Part shown: one piece after another, positions 28,030 through 37,032 of the stretch | How positions within the stretch are numbered: position 1 is the first letter of the stretch | Layout of the letters: the number at the start of each line of letters is the position of its first letter | NCBI GenBank assembly: GCA_049967655.1 | Contig: JBMFSH010000002.1 | Coordinates: 64,001-128,000, forward strand | DNA length: 64,000 nucleotides | Direction of reading: 5' to 3' | Source of the DNA: Acidobacteriota bacterium | GTDB taxonomy: Bacteria > Acidobacteriota > UBA4820 > DSQY01 | Translations under genes and position numbers: made by a program | The notes under the pieces: generated by a model | Told to the model about the DNA's origin: nothing | Seen by the model: only the letters and a program-made list of their open reading frames with translations | Databases searched by the model: none

Positions 28030-28470
28030 GTGGTCTGGAAGGGACGTAGCGGCAGCGACCGCGCCTTCAACGCACCCCTAGCACTCGGCTTCCTTCTGCT
28101 TCGGACCGCCGTGGGCGTGATCTTCGTCGTGCATGGGTGGGAGAAGGTCAGCACGCGGGTTCACCACTTCACTCCCGTAGTAGCCAGCCTTCGATTCCCC
28201 CACCCCGTGGTTTTCGCCTGGCTGGCCGCCCTCTCCGAACTGCTCGGGGGCCTCTCGCTGATCCTGGGGGTGTACGCCCGCGTAGGCGCCCTCTTCCTGT
28301 GCGTCGTCATGGCCGTGGCGATCATGGGTGTGCATTGGAGCCACGGCCTGACGGGTAGCGAGGGGTTCGAGTTTCCGCTGGCGCTCTTCGCCTCCTGCCT
28401 CCTCCTCCTGCTCGGCGGCGGGGGTCCGTGGAGCCTGGATCGCCTCTGGACCCGCTCTCCCTGGCGTTGA
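28030..28470 (+). CDS. DoxX family membrane protein
   Basis: LLLR..VG.IF..HG..K, ELLGG..LILG, GFEF and GGGPWSLD motifs. Confidence 0.9.
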   Translation: MVWKGRSGSDRAFNAPLALGFLLLRTAVGVIFVVHGWEKVSTRVHHFTPVVASLRFPHPVVFAWLAALSELLGGLSLILGVYARVGALFLCVVMAVAIMGVHWSHGLTGSEGFEFPLALFASCLLLLLGGGGPWSLDRLWTRSPWR

Positions 28471-28527
28471 CCACCTCGGAACCTTCAGAACCGCCTTTCA
28501 CAGCACCTTGATAGGCCCTTGATACCA

Positions 28528-28556
28528 TTGACACGCCCGAAGGGCGGGGCTATACT
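28528..28556 (+). promoter_or_regulatory. sigma70 promoter of rpsA
   Basis: TTGACA-N17-TATACT followed by an A-rich leader and GGAGG. Confidence 0.75.
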
Positions 28557-28614
28557 CGCTCCGGTTTTCTGCTCTGCATGAAGACCAAATAAAAAACCAG
28601 GAGGTAGTTCATTC

Positions 28615-30405
28615 ATGAGCACAAGCGAAGAGAAGGACCACCAGGGTCAAACTGCGCCTTTCGAGGTTCCGGCCGAATGGCTCAGCCTGAGTTCCGACAC
28701 CATTGGGGACGCAGCACCCGTGGACATGGGAGCGCTGCTGAAGGCCAAGGTGGCGGACCACAGCGAGCGGCAGCTCATCTGCGGGCGTGTGGTGGCCGTA
28801 ACCCCCACGGATGTTCTGGTCGACGTGGGGCTTAAGAGCGAGGGCGTGGTGCCCCGCGAGGAGTTCACGAGCCCTAGGGGCGAACTCACCGTGCAGATCG
28901 GGGACGACGTGGAAGTGTTCCTCGAGCGCATGGAGGACGCCAACGGGCACGTGGTGCTCAGCAAGGTCAAGGCCCAGAAGATGAAGGCCTGGGAAGAGGT
29001 GGAGCACGCCTACAAGGAAGGCCGCCCCATCAAGGGCGTCATCCTCGACCGCGTGAAGGGCGGCCTCGCCGTCGACGTGGGCGTTCGCGCCTTCCTTCCC
29101 GGATCCCTGGTGGACCTTCAGCCCGTTCGCAACCTGCGCGCCCTCAAGGGCCAGGAAGTGGAAATGCGGGTCATCAAGGTAAACCGCAAGCGCGGAAACA
29201 TCGTGCTGTCCCGTAAGGCCTTCCTGGAGGAGCGCGTGGCCTCCCAGAAGGAGCGCATCCTCGAGGCCGTCCAGCAGGGCAGGCCCGTCAAGGGCGTGAT
29301 CAAGAACCTGACCAACTTCGGCGCCTTCGTGGACCTGGGCGGAATCGACGGCCTGCTCCACGTCACCGACATGTCCTGGAAGCGGATCAACCATCCCTCC
29401 GAGATGTTCCAGGTGGGCGACGAGGTGGAGGTGCTCATCCTGAATTACGACGAGGAGAACGGCAAGCTCCAGCTCGGGTTCAAGCAGAAGGAGCCGTCCC
29501 CCTGGACCAACGTGGCCGAACGCTACCCCATCGGCACCAAGGTGAAGGGCAAGGTGATCTCCCTCACCAACTACGGCGCCTTCGTCGAGCTGGAGCCGGG
29601 GATCGAGGGCATGATCCACGTCTCCGAGATGTCCTGGACCAAGAAGGTCAAGCACCCCTCGGCGGTCTTGAACGTGGGAGACATGGTGGAGGTGGTGGTC
29701 CTGGATATCGACCAGGACGCCCAGCGCATCTCCCTGGGCCTCAAGCAGGCGGAGCCCAACCCCTGGGATATCATCACCGAGACTTACAACGAGGGCGACC
29801 GCGTGGTGGGCAAGGTCCGCAACATCACCGATTTCGGCGTTTTCGTCGAGGTGTTGGACGGAGTGGATGGCCTGGTGCACATCTCGGACCTCTCCTGGAA
29901 GCGAATCAACCACCCCAGCGAGGTGGTCAAGAAGGGGGATGAGGTCGAGGCGGTCATCACCAACATCGACGCCGTGAACCAGCGACTCTCCCTCAGCATG
30001 AAAGCCCTCCAACCCGATATTTGGGAGAAGTTCTTCCAGGGACATTACGTGGGCGACGTGGTCCCCGGCGTGGTCACCAAGATCGTCGACTTCGGAGCCT
30101 TCGTGGATCTGGGCGACGGCGTCGAGGGGCTGGTCCACATCTCGGAACTCTCCGACAAGCACATCAGCAGCTGCGCCGAGGTGGTCGAGGTGGGCCAATC
30201 CTATCCCTTCAAGATCATCCGCCTCGAACCCCACGAGAAGCGCATCGGCCTTTCCCTCAAGGAGGGCTTCCGCCGCGAGCGCCAGCAGCATCGCGAGCGG
30301 GAAGAGGAACCCACCCATTACTCCTCCGGGGACGAGGGCCGGGTGAGCCTGGGCGATGTCCTGGACTTCAGCGGGTTTCATAAGAACGAGGAGGATGCGG
30401 AATGA
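28615..30405 (+). CDS. rpsA: 30S ribosomal protein S1
   Basis: Six S1 repeats (FGAFVDLGGIDGLLHVTDMSW, YGAFVEL..GIEGMIHVSE and similar). Confidence 0.97.
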   Translation: MSTSEEKDHQGQTAPFEVPAEWLSLSSDTIGDAAPVDMGALLKAKVADHSERQLICGRVVAVTPTDVLVDVGLKSEGVVPREEFTSPRGELTVQIGDDVEVFLERMEDANGHVVLSKVKAQKMKAWEEVEHAYKEGRPIKGVILDRVKGGLAVDVGVRAFLPGSLVDLQPVRNLRALKGQEVEMRVIKVNRKRGNIVLSRKAFLEERVASQKERILEAVQQGRPVKGVIKNLTNFGAFVDLGGIDGLLHVTDMSWKRINHPSEMFQVGDEVEVLILNYDEENGKLQLGFKQKEPSPWTNVAERYPIGTKVKGKVISLTNYGAFVELEPGIEGMIHVSEMSWTKKVKHPSAVLNVGDMVEVVVLDIDQDAQRISLGLKQAEPNPWDIITETYNEGDRVVGKVRNITDFGVFVEVLDGVDGLVHISDLSWKRINHPSEVVKKGDEVEAVITNIDAVNQRLSLSMKALQPDIWEKFFQGHYVGDVVPGVVTKIVDFGAFVDLGDGVEGLVHISELSDKHISSCAEVVEVGQSYPFKIIRLEPHEKRIGLSLKEGFRRERQQHREREEEPTHYSSGDEGRVSLGDVLDFSGFHKNEEDAE

Positions 30406-30677
30406 CCAAGGCTGATCTAATCGAACTGGTCGCCCAAAGGGCAGACCTGCCGAAGAAACCCGCCGAGATCATCGTCAATACCATCTTCCAGTCCGTGACG
30501 GAGGCGCTGGACAAGGGTGAGAAGGTGGAACTTCGGGGTTTCGGCTCCTTCCGCATGAAGATCCGCGAGGCCCGCACCGCTCGGAATCCGAAGACCGGTG
30601 AGAGGGTTCAAGTGGGCCAGAAGAAGGTCCCCCACTTCCGCGCCGGCAAGGAGCTGCGGGAAGCGGTCAACCGTTAG
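30402..30677 (+). CDS. ihfB: integration host factor beta / HU family DNA-binding protein
   Basis: MTKADLI, ELRGFGSF, ARNPKTGE and PHFRAGKELR motifs; rpsA-ihfB synteny. Confidence 0.85.
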   Translation: MTKADLIELVAQRADLPKKPAEIIVNTIFQSVTEALDKGEKVELRGFGSFRMKIREARTARNPKTGERVQVGQKKVPHFRAGKELREAVNR

Positions 30678-30689
30678 CAAACCAAGCTG

Positions 30690-30730
30690 AGGGGGTCCCG
30701 CTCTTCCAGAGCGTGGGCCCCTTCTCTTTT
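30690..30730 (+). terminator. probable terminator after ihfB
   Basis: GGGGTCCC-GCTCT...AGAGC-GTGGGCCCC imperfect stem followed by TTCTCTTTT. Confidence 0.5.
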
Positions 30731-30744
30731 CCTCGGGCCTGCTC

Positions 30745-31236
30745 ATGGAGATCGTCTACACGCCCTGGCGTCTGGAGTACGTGCAGTCCCCCAAGCAGGC
30801 GGGCGAGTGCGTCTTCTGCAGGGCCTTCACCGACGAGCCGTCCCTCGAAAATCTTGTGGTCTATCGGGACGAGGAAATGGCCGTGATGCTCAACCGCTAT
30901 CCTTACACCAACGGTCACATGCTGGTGATCCCGCGGCCTCACGTCAACAGCCTCACGGGACTGACCCCGTCCCTGCGAGCCTCCGCGGCAGAGATCCTCA
31001 CCTACTGCGAGGCGGTCCTGCGCAAGCTCTACCACGCACACGGAATCAACGTGGGCTTGAACCTGGGCCAAGCCGCCGGCGCCGGAATCATCGACCACCT
31101 CCACTGGCACATCCTGCCGCGATGGACCGGCGACACCAATTTCGTCACCGTTTTTGGTAACCTCCGCGTCATACCCGAGGACCTGGCAGACTCCTTCGCG
31201 AGGCTTGGTGGTGCCTTCCCAGAGCGAATTCGCTGA
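30745..31236 (+). CDS. HIT family hydrolase (Ap4A phosphorylase/FHIT-like)
   Basis: PWR.EY, CVFC, NRYPYTNGH, NLGQAAGAG and HLHWHILPRW motifs. Confidence 0.92.
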   Translation: MEIVYTPWRLEYVQSPKQAGECVFCRAFTDEPSLENLVVYRDEEMAVMLNRYPYTNGHMLVIPRPHVNSLTGLTPSLRASAAEILTYCEAVLRKLYHAHGINVGLNLGQAAGAGIIDHLHWHILPRWTGDTNFVTVFGNLRVIPEDLADSFARLGGAFPERIR

Positions 31237-31252
31237 GCCACCGTCCGGTTCC

Positions 31253-31642
31253 ATGAACTCCCAGCTTCCGCCGGCCACCCTCCACTTTCAGCGCTACCGT
31301 GCGGCCTACGAGGCCATGGAGACCGCTTCGGCGAAGGGCGATCTTCAATCCGCCGGGGTCGCGGCCCTGGAAGCCGTACGCCAGGCGCTGCTGGGCCTGC
31401 TGGAACAGAAGACGATTCCCCACGCGCCGGACGTCGGCTTCATCGAGGCCTCCCAGGCATTGGCCAAGCATATGGGAACGCCCTGTCTCCCCTCCAAGGT
31501 GGCCTCCGTTCTCCTGCTCGGCGCCGATGTGGGAAGCAGTTCTCAGGAGCTTTCCCGGAGACGCAACCTCATCTCCACGGCCTCCGACATCGCTTCCACC
31601 TTGGCTTCCATGCTGGACCCGAAGAGCGCTCCGAAGCCCTGA
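31253..31642 (+). CDS. hypothetical helical protein, weak HEPN-like pattern
   Basis: Open frame downstream of HIT; SAGVAALEAVRQALLGLL resembles the HEPN N-terminal helix; no Rx4-6H motif seen. Confidence 0.45.
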   Translation: MNSQLPPATLHFQRYRAAYEAMETASAKGDLQSAGVAALEAVRQALLGLLEQKTIPHAPDVGFIEASQALAKHMGTPCLPSKVASVLLLGADVGSSSQELSRRRNLISTASDIASTLASMLDPKSAPKP

Positions 31643-31764
31643 AAGGGTCCTCTTCTCCCCTGCAAACCGCTGAAGGCAGCGCACGCCTGGCGGAGAGGAC
31701 GGGGCCGGCGGCCAAGCCACTTTCCCTGGGGTCTTCGGCTCCTCGAGGCCGCACGGCTTCCCGG

Positions 31765-32310
31765 CTAAGGCTTGCCCGAAGGGCTAGGCGCGGGACGCGG
31801 AGCCTTCGGCTGCGGGCTCTCTTGCCCCGCGGGAATGGCAGGATTCGCCGCGTTCGCGGGCAAACTGTACCCCCACCGGGCTTCGGGCAGCCGGATCTCC
31901 CCCCCCAGGTTCGCGGTCCAGCCCATGAGGCCCGCGATGCCGAGGGAGAGCGCCAGGCAGGTGCCCATGAACCACCTGGGGACGTCCTTCTCATGCCTCC
32001 ATACGATCAGGCCCCCCAGGGCGATGATCCCCAGGGCCTCGCAGGCCAGCAAGGAGATCAGGGCCGAGTCGTCGTGCGCCGAGATCCGAGCGGGGTCCAC
32101 TCCGGGGATATTTTGGACGAAGTCTCCCGCCTTCCCCCCCGTGAAGTAGACGGGGATGGCCAGCAGGGCTACGACCACCAGAAATCCCAGGCTGAAGCGC
32201 TTGAGTTCCGGGCTGCCTTTCCACATGGCGTACGCGAGCATGCCGAGGGCGAAGATGCTTCCCATGACGGGAAAGTGGTTGATGATCAAGTGCGCGTGGG
32301 CCCAATTCAT
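31765..32310 (-). CDS. four-TM membrane protein, DUF2231-like (His-containing)
   Basis: HLIINHFP, TG..A, H and GGEIR motifs with four hydrophobic helices; AAAGGAG RBS before ATG 32310. Confidence 0.7.
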   Translation of the reverse strand: MNWAHAHLIINHFPVMGSIFALGMLAYAMWKGSPELKRFSLGFLVVVALLAIPVYFTGGKAGDFVQNIPGVDPARISAHDDSALISLLACEALGIIALGGLIVWRHEKDVPRWFMGTCLALSLGIAGLMGWTANLGGEIRLPEARWGYSLPANAANPAIPAGQESPQPKAPRPAPSPSGKP

Positions 32311-32528
32311 GACTGAATCTCCTTTGGACGTTGGCCTTCCACCCCAAAAATAGTTCGCACGATTTATCGTCTCGATTATATCGCCACATCCATCGAGAGA
32401 AACACCACCGGCACCCGATCCTATCCCACTTCTGGTCCCCGCCCCTTCCCAGGGCCAGTCCGGCGAGGCCAAACCCTCGGGCGCCACGCGCCGTTCGCGA
32501 GGACGGGCAGCCACGGTTCTGGCGGAGT

Positions 32529-33386
32529 CTAGGCTTCCTCTCCACCGGTCAGACCCTTCAGCCGATCGGGGTCGTGGCCGTGATCGTGGGTGTGCCCGTG
32601 GCTGTGGGGGTGGCTGTGCACGACGGGCCCGTGTCGGTGGCGGTGTTCGTGGATCAGATTCGCCGACTGGAGAAAATCCTCATCCGCCAGGATCTCTTTC
32701 ACCGGCCCTTCGCGCGCGACGCGGTGGTCCTCGCCCAGCACCAACAGCCGGTCCGCCAGATGCGGGAGAAGGATCATGTCGTGCGTGGCCGTGACGAGCG
32801 TCAGCCCCGCCTGCGCCAGCTCGCCGAGAAGGTCCACGAGAGCGGACTGATTGCGCGGGTCCAGCCCCGCCGTCGGCTCGTCCAGCAGTAGTACCGAGGG
32901 AGAGAGAACGAGCAGCGAAGCGAGCGCCACCCTTTTCTTTTCGCCCGCCGAGAGAGCGTGGGGGGGGCGATCCCGAAGATGCGCGATCCTCATGAGGCCG
33001 AGACAATCCTCCACCCGTTGCTCCACCTCACCCTGGGGTAACTTGAGCTGAAGGGGACCGAAGGCCAGTTCCTCCTTCACCGTGGGGCAGAAGAGTTGGG
33101 AGTCGGGGTTCTGGAAGAGGAACCCCACACTGCGACGAAACCTCGGTCCGAAGGGCACTGCTTCGAGAACGGATTCGCTGAGCGGCTGGCCCTCGAAGGC
33201 CACGGTGCCGCTCGTTGGAAAGAGGAGGCCCGCCATGATGAGCAGGAGGGTGGTTTTGCCGCAACCGTTGGCGCCGGCCAGAGCCAGGCGCTCCCCGCGC
33301 GCGACGGTGAGGGTTAAATCGCGAAGGCAAGGCGCACTCCCTGGATATCCGAAGGCGAGGCCCTTCACCTCGTAGACCGGGTCCAC
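32529..33386 (-). CDS. ECF transporter ATPase (NikO/CbiO) with His-rich C-terminal tail
   Basis: GANGCGKTT, FQNPDSQLF, LSAGEKKR, LLLDEPT and ATHD motifs; tail HEHRHRHGPVVHSHPHSHGHTHDHGHD. Confidence 0.93.
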   Translation of the reverse strand: MDPVYEVKGLAFGYPGSAPCLRDLTLTVARGERLALAGANGCGKTTLLLIMAGLLFPTSGTVAFEGQPLSESVLEAVPFGPRFRRSVGFLFQNPDSQLFCPTVKEELAFGPLQLKLPQGEVEQRVEDCLGLMRIAHLRDRPPHALSAGEKKRVALASLLVLSPSVLLLDEPTAGLDPRNQSALVDLLGELAQAGLTLVTATHDMILLPHLADRLLVLGEDHRVAREGPVKEILADEDFLQSANLIHEHRHRHGPVVHSHPHSHGHTHDHGHDPDRLKGLTGGEEA

Positions 33387-33395
33387 GGTTCCTCC

Positions 33396-34313
33396 CTATC
33401 TCGGCAGTTGAATGGCGAGGGCCGACGCCCACATGGCCGCCATGAACAACCAGTCCCAAGGCCTCATTCGCCCCTCCCGCTCGGCGGTGGGTTCGCCCGT
33501 GTAGCCGCGCGCGATCATCCCCATGTAGGTCTGTTCCGCCATGACCTTGGTTCGACGGTAGAGGGCACCCACGCCCGCGGACACCCACCGCCGGTCGGCC
33601 CGTGAGCCCGCGCCTCCCACGGTGCGGCTGATGCGGGCCAGGTGAAGTTCGGAGGCGGCGCGCAAGAGGATCTCCAGATAGCGGACCATGAGGTCGAGGG
33701 TCATCACCGCGAGGCGGGGCACCCAGAGCGCCCGGAGGCCGCGGAAGAGACGCGCCGTACCGCTCGTCGCAGCCAATAGGAGGGCCAGCGTGGTACAGAG
33801 GGCCACCCGCAGCACAAACCGGGCCAGAATGAAGAACCCCTCCCGCGTAACCGCCAGTGCGGGGTGCGCCGGCGACGCTCCCTCCCAAGGCCAGAGCGCG
33901 AGAAGAGGGTGGCCGGGGGTGAAGAGGTTGAGGGCCGCCGGCCATGCGATGAGCGCGGAGAAGAGGAAGGCCACCAACGAGGGCGCCAAGCGGGACGCCG
34001 GCACTCGGGAAAACAGCACCAACAAGGCGGCCAGCCCACAAACCAGCAGAAGTCCCTTCAGGGAGGGGGCCATGCTGGCCGAGACCATGAGCCCGCCCAG
34101 CCCCAGCACCTTGGCCCTGGGGTCGATGGACTGCAGGAGACCGCGCCGCTCGATTCCGTGGTCCCCTTCAACGAGCCGGTACCCTGCCTCTAAGAAGGAG
34201 AAGAGAGCTTTGCGGAGCCAGCGCGTGCGCGGAGCGCCTGGCGCCCACGCTCCCGGCGCGCAGGCGTCCGATGAGCGCTGCGGGGCGACCAACAACCACT
34301 CAGGCAGAGGCAT
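33396..34313 (-). CDS. ECF transporter T component (NikQ/CbiQ)
   Basis: LQSIDPRAK, RYL and MIARGYTG motifs; multiple TM helices. Confidence 0.9.
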   Translation of the reverse strand: MPLPEWLLVAPQRSSDACAPGAWAPGAPRTRWLRKALFSFLEAGYRLVEGDHGIERRGLLQSIDPRAKVLGLGGLMVSASMAPSLKGLLLVCGLAALLVLFSRVPASRLAPSLVAFLFSALIAWPAALNLFTPGHPLLALWPWEGASPAHPALAVTREGFFILARFVLRVALCTTLALLLAATSGTARLFRGLRALWVPRLAVMTLDLMVRYLEILLRAASELHLARISRTVGGAGSRADRRWVSAGVGALYRRTKVMAEQTYMGMIARGYTGEPTAEREGRMRPWDWLFMAAMWASALAIQLPR

Positions 34314-35349
34314 CGTCTGGCTTTCGGCCCCCCAGCCAACGGCGTACGAAAAGCACCACGCCCACCACGAGCGCGGATCCCGCCAAGGCTGACAGGATAT
34401 ACCAGACGCTCTGCATCGCGAGAGACTGGCCTTCCGCGCCGGGGGGACCATAGTCAGGGGCGGGGGCGCGCCACAGCGCGGAGAGCTTCGCCAAGCCCGC
34501 GGGAACCCACCCCGTCATGGCCTTGAGCTCCTCCGCTCCCCACTCGCCCCATGCCCCCTTCGAACCCCACAGCCACGGCAGCAGGATCCCCAGTGGGGTC
34601 AAGAGTGCGAGCAGCGCGAGGCCAACCCAGAGACGCCTGCTCCCCGTCGAGATATCCGCACAGGAGCGGGGCAATGGCTGAGAGGACACCAGAAGGGGCT
34701 CCGTCCGCTCCAGAAAAGCCAGGACGGAGGCTGTGATGAGCGCCTCCACGACGCCGAAAAGGAGGAGGTGTTCGGCCATCATCACCGGTACGGTGACATT
34801 CAAGCCGAAGGGGGCATACAGGGGCCTACCCGCCGCATCGTGGGCGATAAGGGGCTGCAGGCCGAGCATCACGGAGGCGGAAAGGGCGGCGGCGTTGAGC
34901 CCTAAGTACCCTCCCGCCGCTGCGGCCAGCCAGCGCCTCTTGGAACCCGGCTGCGCTCCCGCCCCCGCCAGGCGAAAGACCCACCATCCGGCGAAGGGCA
35001 TGATCACGGCCATGTTCAAGCAATTGGCCGCGTACGAGGTGATCCCCCCGTCACCAAAGAGCAGAGCCTGCACGAGGAGCACGAGGGAAACCGCCAAGAC
35101 GGCGGCCCACGGGCCCAGAAGGATGGCCACCAGGACGGCTCCGACGGCGTGTCCCGTGGTCCCCCCCGGGATCGGCACGTTGAACATCATGACGAGAAAG
35201 CTGAACGCCGCCCCCATCGCGAGGACAGGCACCTGACGCAGCCTGAGCGTACGGCTGACGCGCCGCGAGGCCCAGGTCCAAATGGGAATCATCACGACGT
35301 AGGCGGCGCCATAGGTTTGCGGTCCGAGGTACCCGTCGGGAATGTGCAT
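34300..35349 (-). CDS. ECF substrate component, NikM fused to NikN/PDGLE domain
   Basis: N-terminal MHIPDGYL metal-binding motif, GTTGH and DGG; C-terminal WGEW...APDY PDGLE-like domain. Confidence 0.92.
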   Translation of the reverse strand: MHIPDGYLGPQTYGAAYVVMIPIWTWASRRVSRTLRLRQVPVLAMGAAFSFLVMMFNVPIPGGTTGHAVGAVLVAILLGPWAAVLAVSLVLLVQALLFGDGGITSYAANCLNMAVIMPFAGWWVFRLAGAGAQPGSKRRWLAAAAGGYLGLNAAALSASVMLGLQPLIAHDAAGRPLYAPFGLNVTVPVMMAEHLLLFGVVEALITASVLAFLERTEPLLVSSQPLPRSCADISTGSRRLWVGLALLALLTPLGILLPWLWGSKGAWGEWGAEELKAMTGWVPAGLAKLSALWRAPAPDYGPPGAEGQSLAMQSVWYILSALAGSALVVGVVLFVRRWLGGRKPDDASA

Positions 35350-35359
35350 CGCCTCGCCC

Positions 35360-36052
35360 TCACTTTCCCCGTGCTTTGGTCTTGAAGCTTCCCGTCAGAA
35401 CCACGTGCACCACGACGATTGCGGAGCCCCCACCGTTGGGCCACTGCCCGCCCACGATGACCTGCCACGAGGCTCCCGACCAGCCGACCCCGGCCGAGGA
35501 GTAGTTCTCACTTCCCGCGGTGTGGTCGGCCATGAGCTGCCAGTGCTCGCCGAGGGCACGGTCCACGCCCACAAACCAGCGGTTCCGGTTGCCCTCCTCA
35601 TGCTGGATACCGGCATGGGTCCTCAGGATGCCCCAGTCCTTGGTGGCGACCACGTAGGGATAAGAGTCAAAGGACTGGTTCAGGTTTTGCAGCCCCACGG
35701 CCACGGCCAAGCGCTGCGGATCGCTCCGCAGGAGGACGTATTTGGCGTTGAAGAAAGCCCGATGGTCCACGGAGCCACCCGTGGCATCGACGTCCAACCC
35801 CATCTCAAAGCGGTCTCCGATGCCCCACTCGGTGTTGACGATCAACTGGTCGGTCCTGAAGGCCGAGGAATAGCCTTGCCATTGGACGTCCAGCGCCCAG
35901 GCGAGGGGCCCCGTCACGTCCGCCGTGGGAATGAGGATGAGCCCGCTGTAACAGGCCTGCGCATCACCTCCCCAAAGGATCAGAAAAAACAGGACGGAAG
36001 GCAGAAGGTTGAACGGGCCTCCCCGCCGCATCTTCTCCCGCCTCATTGGCAC
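35360..36052 (-). CDS. putative outer-membrane beta-barrel protein in the nik operon
   Basis: Signal peptide ending in AQA; GLILIPTAD, then alternating amphipathic beta-strands rich in W/Y/G; lies between nikR and nikM. Confidence 0.65.
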   Translation of the reverse strand: MPMRREKMRRGGPFNLLPSVLFFLILWGGDAQACYSGLILIPTADVTGPLAWALDVQWQGYSSAFRTDQLIVNTEWGIGDRFEMGLDVDATGGSVDHRAFFNAKYVLLRSDPQRLAVAVGLQNLNQSFDSYPYVVATKDWGILRTHAGIQHEEGNRNRWFVGVDRALGEHWQLMADHTAGSENYSSAGVGWSGASWQVIVGGQWPNGGGSAIVVVHVVLTGSFKTKARGK

Positions 36053-36062
36053 CCCCGCCCTG

Positions 36063-36494
36063 TCAGGTGAAAGGCTTCCGGATCCCCGTACCCGTCGTCG
36101 TAGCCACGATTCCGCCGTGCCGCACGCCCCTCATGCTGAGAAGGCCGTCGGCGATGGCCTTTACCTCGGCGCTGCGCCCCCGAGCGATGATCACCTCGAG
36201 GCAGTTATGCGCATCGAGATGAACGTGGGTTGTGCTCACGATGTTCTTGTGGTGCTCATGCTGGAGGTCGGTGAGGGCGTCTCCGAGGTGGTGCTCATGG
36301 TGCGTGTACACCACACTGATCGTGGCGACCACGTCGGCCTTCGGGTCGGCCCACTCCTCCTTGACCAGCTCCGCGCGCACCAGATCCCGAAGCGCCTCGG
36401 ACCGAGAGGCGTAGCCCCTGGCTTCGACCAGGGCGTCAAAGCGGCGCAGAAGGGCCTCTTCCATGGATACCCCGAATCGTTCCGTGCTCGGCAT
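36063..36494 (-). CDS. nikR: nickel-responsive regulator NikR
   Basis: RFGVS ribbon, YASRSEALRDL, HVHLDAHNCLE nickel ligands. Confidence 0.96.
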   Translation of the reverse strand: MPSTERFGVSMEEALLRRFDALVEARGYASRSEALRDLVRAELVKEEWADPKADVVATISVVYTHHEHHLGDALTDLQHEHHKNIVSTTHVHLDAHNCLEVIIARGRSAEVKAIADGLLSMRGVRHGGIVATTTGTGIRKPFT

Positions 36495-36503
36495 CTTCCC
36501 TCC

Positions 36504-36550
36504 GTGACACGACTATTCAAATTAGTAACACGATGGCTCACTCGATGCAA
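36504..36550 (-). promoter_or_regulatory. nikR promoter with putative NikR operator
   Basis: Minus strand TTGCAT-N17-TACTAA overlapped by GTGTTAC-N14(AT-rich)-GTGTCAC at 36504-36531. Confidence 0.55.
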
Positions 36551-36585
36551 CTCCCGCCTTCGACTCTCGCCTTCCCCATACCATT

Positions 36586-36609
36586 AAAGCCGCCTTCCGG
36601 CGGCTTTTT
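36586..36609 (-). terminator. terminator downstream of ssrA
   Basis: AAAGCCGCC-TTCC-GGCGGCTTTTT; could act in both directions. Confidence 0.75.
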
Positions 36610-36643
36610 CCCCTGTCTCTCTGTTTCCCTGTTTCGATCTCTT

Positions 36644-36988
36644 TGGTGGAGGCGGCGGGAGTCGAACCCGCGTCCGGAAATGCCAGCCAAGGCAGCTTCT
36701 ACGCGCGTAGCCGGTTCCCAGGGTTTCGCTTCCCGCCAATGGAGCCGGCAATTCGTCGGGTCGCTAGCCCTCTGCATCTTAGCCGGCGCGGCCGGGGCGA
36801 GCCGCGCCGGAGCATCCCGCTAGCGTCGTCCTTGAAAGGCCGCGGGCCCTCCCCTCAAGGACGTGGCAGCTTACGCCGCCAGAGCCAAGTTATTGTTGGC
36901 AGTTGTGGGTTTCCGGTCGTTTTACGAGAGCCCGGAACTCGGCGCGCGACCACCTCCCGCACATCCCCGTCGAGACCGTTTCGCCCCC
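36644..36988 (-). ncRNA. ssrA: transfer-messenger RNA (tmRNA)
   Basis: 5' GGGGGCG pairs with 3' CGCCTCC-ACCA including the G3-U pair; GGTTCGACT T-arm; tag frame at 36900-36871 encodes ANNNLALAA*. Confidence 0.97.
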
Positions 36989-37003
36989 ACGTTGTGCTCA
37001 CCT

Positions 37004-37032
37004 AATGTAGGGCCCCGTCGGGGGCCCGTCAA
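37004..37032 (-). promoter_or_regulatory. ssrA promoter
   Basis: Minus strand TTGACG-N17-TACATT, 15 nt before the tmRNA 5' end. Confidence 0.65.

Noticed and set aside
28609..30381. 590-aa minus-strand ORF
   Set aside because: Antisense shadow of rpsA
31688..31706. TGGCGGAGAGGACGGGG as a possible tRNA/tmRNA att remnant bounding the nik cluster as an island
   Set aside because: Does not match the ssrA 3' end, lacks the TTCGAA T-loop, and no integrase is present
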